Source of the DNA: Macrostomum lignano
Lineage: Eukaryota
Assembly: GCA_002269645.1 (NCBI GenBank)
Contig: NIVC01004173.1
Coordinates: 1 to 56,770 of the forward strand
DNA: 56,770 bases
Direction of reading: 5' to 3'
This document shows, in pieces, positions 49,421-56,770 of the stretch; the stretch's first letter is position 1; each line of letters opens with the position of its first letter. The translations under genes and the position numbers were made by a program. Under the pieces are notes generated by a model. It was not told where the DNA came from. It did no database searches and worked only from the letters and a program-made list of their open reading frames with translations.

Positions 49421-51279
49421 ATGGCGACGAGTCTGCCCATGCTGGGCCAACTACTACCATCTACCAACGTCGAGAGGTCTTCCTTGAGCGTCTCGAGCAG
49501 TACTTCATCTGCAAAGAGGTGAAGGATGAGGCAAATGTGGTTACTCTGATCCAAGGTAGGAACACTTCATTATATAAGGATCACGTCGATCTGAGAGGAG
49601 GCTTACATCACACTGTTGAGGCTGTGCCAGACAGGCCAAGTGCCGCAGAAGTCTTACGCTGACCTGAGGAAGCTGCTGACAACACACTTTGCACCAAAGC
49701 TTTCGGAGCTGGCTGCGAGGTTCCGTTTCCAACAACGAACTCAGCAAGCAGGCGAGAGCTTCACTGCATTCATCGCGGGGCTCCAGGCTCTGTCAGCTGA
49801 CTGCAACTTCAGTGTGTCGCTAAATGAGCGGCTCCGAGACCAACTTGTGTTCGGCCTTCGAAGTGACGCCTTCCGAGCCAAGCTGCTGGAAGTGGTTGAG
49901 CCGACCTTCGAATCCCTGCAAGAGAAGGCGATGTCGCTGGAGTCAGCTGAGCATTCGTCCCTGGAGATGGCACAAAAGGCAACACCGCAGTCTGCGGCCA
50001 ATCTGCAATTTTTCGGCAAGAGAGGAAGCCGCAAGCAGGCGACATCAGCGCACCACAGAGGGAATCGGTTCAGCGGTGGCAACCCCGGCAGCGGCAACGG
50101 CGGCTGCGGCAACGGCGGCTGCGGCAACGGCGGCTGCGGCAACGGCGGCTGCGGCAACGGCGGCTGCGGCCACGGCGGCTGCGGCAACGGCGGCTGCGGC
50201 AACGGCGGCTGCGGCAACGGCGGCAGCGGCAACGGCGGCTGCGGCAACGGCGGCTGCGGCAACGGCGGCTGCGGCAACGGCGGCTGCGGCAACGGCGGCT
50301 GCGGCAACGGTGGCAGCGGCAACGGCGGCTGCGGCAACGGCGGCTGCGGCAACGGCGGCAGCGGCAACGGCGGCAGCGGCAACGGCGGCAGCGGCAGGTC
50401 CTCTGCCCAAGATCGAGGACCTGTTTGCCAAGCTGGGAGGCGGCTGCAAGTGGACAAAGCTCGATCTGTCCAATGCCTTCCTGCAGCTTCCGCTCGCCGA
50501 AGTCAGCAAAGCCTTCGTCACGATCAACACGCCAAAGGGACTCTACCAGTTCAATCGCATGCCTTTTGGCATCAAGTGCGCCACTGCGATCTTCCAACGG
50601 ACGATGGACACTCTGTTAGGAGGTCTCGACTCTGTCCAGGTGTTTGTCGATGACATCCTGGTCACCAGCAAGACGATGCAGCAACATAAGAAAAACCTGG
50701 AAGAAGTTCTGCAGCGCCTCCTTGAGTCGGGACTCAGGCTGAACAAGCAAAAGAGCCCGTTCTTCACGGACTCTGTCGAGTATCTGGGCTACCGCATTGA
50801 CGCATGTGGACTCAGCCCGCTGACGGACAGGGTGGCCGCAATTCAAGACGCCCCGGCGCCGAAGGACATCAGCCAGCTGCGCTCGTTCCTCGGCATGCTG
50901 ACTCAGTACGGCCGGTTCCTGCCTAACCTGTCCACCGTAGTAGCGCCGCTCAATCAGCTGCTGGACAAGGACGTTCGCTGGACGTGGGACAAGCCGCAGC
51001 AAACCGCCTTAAGCTAAGCGTCTGCTGCTCCATTCACCGGTGCTTGTGCACTTCAACCCGGATCTGCCGCTGCGGCTCGAGTGTGACGCTTCACTATACG
51101 GAGTGGGTGTGGTGTTGTCCCATCGCATCAACAACAAAGACTGCGCAGTGGCATTCGCTAGCCGCACCCTGAACGCAGCACAGCGGGGCTACTCGCAGCT
51201 CGACAAGGAAGCGCTGGCCATAATGTTCGGGCTGCACCGCTTCCATCAATTCCTCTACGGCCGGAGATTCACGATAGTC
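49421..51279 (+). mobile_element. Element B copy 2 (no element A; truncated in RNase H; expanded 15-bp repeat at ~50082-50397)
   Basis: Near-identical to 40223-40716 plus 45570-46720; empty GAATC site at ~49910; shares the same RT stop. Confidence 0.92.
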
Positions 51280-52129
51280 CGTGTCCGTGACGACGGATCT
51301 TACCAGTGTCTGGCCGGGAATAAGCTGGGCGTGGCCGCTTCGAACCTAACGGTAAGTTTGGAAAATTGGAAATTTCATTAATAGGTCGACAAGTAAACCG
51401 TAAGCGATCCCATCAGATCCTCAGGTTAATCATCCCAGGATCCTCGAGGTTATTCCTTCCAGGATTTCGTACTATATATTCTCATTATTCCCATTTTTAT
51501 TCTCTAACTAATTCCCAATCAATGCCTGCAGTTCCTTCGCCCTGCCATGCTGGGCCAGTTTCTTCAAGAGCCGAGTGCCACGGTGCGGCGGCGGCTTGGA
51601 AGTCGGCTGGCATTGCCCTGCGTGCCGCCCATAAATTTCCCCGACGCCCCGGTAGTCTGGCATCGGATTGCAGATGCGGACGGCGCCCAGCCGATGGTGA
51701 TTCAACGGTCTAATCGAATCAACATCGACCCGTGAATGGCAACCTGCTGTTTTCTAACATTCACCTGTCCGACAAGGCAACCTACCGATGCAGCGTGGAG
51801 AACAGGATTCTTAGACGGGCTGTTCAAGGTCGAAGCTACCGGCTGGATGTGATCAAAGGCATCACATAGGCTGCTGCTCAGCTCATGGCGCAGAAACCCT
51901 CTTTTATAACTGCTCTCGCGAACAGAACTCTCGATTTGTTTTGCTTCTTCTCCGGCTTCCCGACGCCCAGCATCCAGTGGAAGAAGGATTCGACTGAGGT
52001 CTCTTCGGGGGAGCGGCTGCAACTGCTGGACTCTGGCGCCCGCCTGCGGCTCATCGATATTGACCCGGATTATCACGCTGGTGAGCTCGCCGCGGCCAGC
52101 TCTGCTGCCCCATCCTCGAGCTGGAGCGC

Positions 52130-52670
52130 TCCCAGATCCTCGGTTGCTGGGCCAGCCTCCCAGATCCTCGGTTGCTGGGCCAGCCTCCCAGATCCTCAGT
52201 TGCTGGGCCAGCCTCCCAGATCCTCGGTTGCTGGGCCAGCCTCCCAGATCCCCAGTTACTAGGCTAGCCTCCCAGATCCCCAGTTACTAAGCCAGCCTCC
52301 CAGATCCCCAGTTACTAAGCCAGCCTCCCAGATCCCCAGTTACTAGGCCAGCCTCCCAGATCCCCAGTTACTAGGCCAGCCTCTCAGATCCCCAGTTACT
52401 AGGCGAGCCTCCCAGATCCCCAGTTACTAGGCCAGCCTCCCAGATCCCCAGTTACTAGGCCAGCCTCTCAGATCCCCAGTTACTAGGCCAGCCTCCCAGA
52501 TCCCCAGTTACTAGGCCAGCCTCCCAGATCCCCAGTTACTAGGCCAGCCTCTCAGATCCCCAGTTACTAGGCCAGCCTCCCAGATCCCCAGTTACTAGGC
52601 CAGCCTCCCAGATCCCCAGTTACTAGGCCAGCCTCCCAGATCCCCAGTTACTAGGCGAGCCTCCCAGATC
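52130..52670. repeat. 28-bp minisatellite family array in the Ig-gene intron
   Basis: CCCAGATCCCCAGTTACTAGGCCAGCCT units. Confidence 0.93.
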
Positions 52671-54994
52671 GTCAGGTGCCGGGCCCCGCCAGCCCAAATC
52701 CTCAGCATGGACTACTGCAGCAAGACACTGCACTCGATTTTCTTAGAAAACATCCGGAGGCCGGCAAGGAACGCCTATTTGTCCCATCGCCAGTGCATTT
52801 AGTATTGCGCCTCCGCCAGATTCTCGCAGTTGCTCCCAGGTCCATCGCCCAGTCAAGTGCCCTTACCCAGAATCGCTACAACTACCTCCATAAAATTGAG
52901 TCGCCATAAAATCCCCAACCCTTTTGTCACGGCAACCGCAGGTGTTTACCAGTGCACCGGCGCCAATGAGGGAGGCTTCAACGACGCCGGCACCTACCGC
53001 GTACGAGTGGCCAGCGAGCCCTACTGGATTCAGAAGCCAGCTGACGTCTCCGTGCCCGAAGGCGGCAGCCACACGTTCCGCTGCGAGGCTGGCGCCGCGC
53101 CCGGCGACCCGAAGTGGCTCATCAACGGTGTACCGGTCAGCGGGTCCGACAGCCGCTTCTCCCCGGTCGGCAGTGAGTTTCAGTTTAGCAATCTCACGGT
53201 GAGAGACTCGCTCGTGGTGCAGTGCAATGTCAGCAATAGGTATGGATACGTATTCACCAATGCCTACCTGAGTGTGCTGCCGCCGTCAGCCACTTCGGAC
53301 ACAAAAGTGCCATGGTTCACTATTAAGTACTACTGGCTACTGTTGAATTACTTCGCCACAGTGTTTATCCCTTAAGCTGGATGCTGGTTGTTGCCTTCTA
53401 ATCAATTGTGATTTGTGATATGCGTATTTTTAAGCATGAATTAGCGCTGACATCTAAAGTAGCGATTTTTTGTTCAACACTTTGGAAATTATAATTTTAA
53501 TTCATGAGTCGAAATTATTATTATTTCAAATTTACAATTTCGATAAAAACTACAAATTAATTTTATCGCGACTTACAATTGGCGATGAGTAAAAAGATGA
53601 ACAAATTAAAATATTTCATAACCAAAAGATTACAGTTTTGATAAGTTATTAATCGCAATTAATATGCTCGTTTTTTAAGTAATATCGTTTCTAATTAAAG
53701 AAATTTATAAATATAAATTTGATAGATTTTTTATTTAGTTATAAATATGGAATACAGAATCCCGAGTTTTGCCAATCCCGAGATCCCGACGAATTGGACC
53801 GGGATCCCGGGATCCCGCGGGATCTCGAAAAGGTTTCTCACTTTTGTTGGTGCAATTTTGGTTTACAAAGCTATCTAATCTGATTTTAAAGGGCTTTCAA
53901 TGATAAAGTACAGCAGAATAAAATATTTTGCAAGCAAGAAACTGGCGGTGAGTTCTGAATTGGAGTGTGATGTACAGGCTGGCGTAATGGACGTGCTTTT
54001 TTACATGCCGGTATCAGCTCAGGAAAATCAAATTTGATTGTGATGTAACCTGGGGAATGATAGCTTTCAGAACTATGGCGCGAGGTACTGATACCAGGTT
54101 AGAAGGGATCAGAACTGACCCTCCGAGGGCACCCGCTTTAGATGGAGAACTGGTTGTGATCCGATAGCAAAGTCCCGACTCCCACTGTTCTAATCACAAC
54201 TACGGCCTGGAGTTTTAAAGGTAGGGACTGCTTAAAGTAGTTCTGCCACCAACCCAATTCTGGGCATCTAAGGGGTGCCTTGACAGTGCTAAGAATGAGG
54301 TCTTTCGCATAGGGGGCTTCTGATCTGCGCAAGGTCGAGACTCGAGACTTCCTGACTTTAGCTGGGTTTGGGATAGAGAGAGAGCTCAAATGAACAATGA
54401 TTTGACTTGGAATTGTTTGTTCGTTTACTTGGCCTTTTTAGCGCCACCTAAATGTTCAATAAATATGTGTGTATGCATCGGATAATATTCCTTACTGAAA
54501 GTTTTGTAGCTAAATATGCACTAAAACAATTCGAGATTTTATCTTTATGCATGGTTAAAATATAAACGTGCTATTAAAACTCGGCATTATCGAATTGGGT
54601 GTCAGTATAAATCTTTGCTTGTTTATTTTATAAATTTGTCGCTAACTAGTTTTTCATTCATTTAATTACAATCCAGCGGCGCCAAAATGTGTGCTGGGGG
54701 TGCCAAAATCACTGCCAAAAGGTTTGACAACTTTCTACTTGCCTATACTTTGTCCCAAAATTCATTCCTAGTCACGCGAGATGCATGAATTTAACCATCA
54801 GTTGGTCAGTCGTGTATTTGTCCAGCATTGAATATCACAGAGAGGCAAACAAACAATGCTGCATTGAAATCCTATTCCTAGCTATTAAATATCAAGAAAA
54901 ATCACGTGGCTTGTACTGTGCTCAATTCATAGCCTCACATAAAACGCGTTAAAATCTCCTGCCAAATTCATAACTCGCGAATCTGCCAAGAATT

Positions 54995-56770
<1,776 letters not shown>

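Larger units (their letters stand above)
48603..53375 (+). pseudogene. Rearranged L1/neuroglian-family Ig gene: signal exon 48603-48660, Ig1 remnant ~51278-51351, 51532-52080, 52942-53375; frameshift at ~51730 and in-frame TAG at 51867
   Basis: MRLALLALSLAALVQCAFS|; DDGSYQCLAGNKLGVAASNLT|FLRPA; LPCVPP...NGNLLFSN...YRCSVEN; FCFFSGFPTPSIQWKK; EPYWIQKP...WLINGVP...VVQCNVSNRYGYVFTNAYLSVL; splice phases are consistent from the Ig1 remnant onward. Confidence 0.78.

Noticed and set aside
54044-54480. LTR-like segment starting TGTAAC
   Set aside because: No matching CA end with a TSD and no second copy found

Overview
Eukaryotic (metazoan) genomic DNA with GC-rich exons, AT-rich intergenic DNA and tandem-repeat-filled introns. 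The style suggests a flatworm such as Macrostomum lignano (inference, not verified). Recognisable genes: POLR2K/RPB12; a 3-exon CFAP157 whose second intron hosts an antisense GSK3-like kinase with an internal tandem duplication; METTL24-like; GPS2; ORC5; BPNT1; a rearranged L1/neuroglian-type Ig gene; and a secreted Ig-like glycoprotein running off the right edge. Mobile DNA: an intact Mag-type Gypsy element (single 1325-aa ORF, LTRs near-identical by eye, GAATC TSD) nested in an older, protease-deleted, tandemly duplicated Gypsy; a 5'-truncated Penelope-like element with a hammerhead-like motif; a solo LTR with a nested MITE; CORE-type tRNA SINEs; and several hAT/P-like MITEs. The most unusual structure is 39.5-53.4 kb. 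There a signal-peptide exon sits between the PPT/LTR and the PBS of a duplicated retroelement, and the retroelement RNase H is fused in frame to an Ig exon of a four-Ig, hemolin-like gene. Several genes show single-base indels, mostly in homopolymer runs, which may be assembly errors. All exon coordinates were derived by hand.
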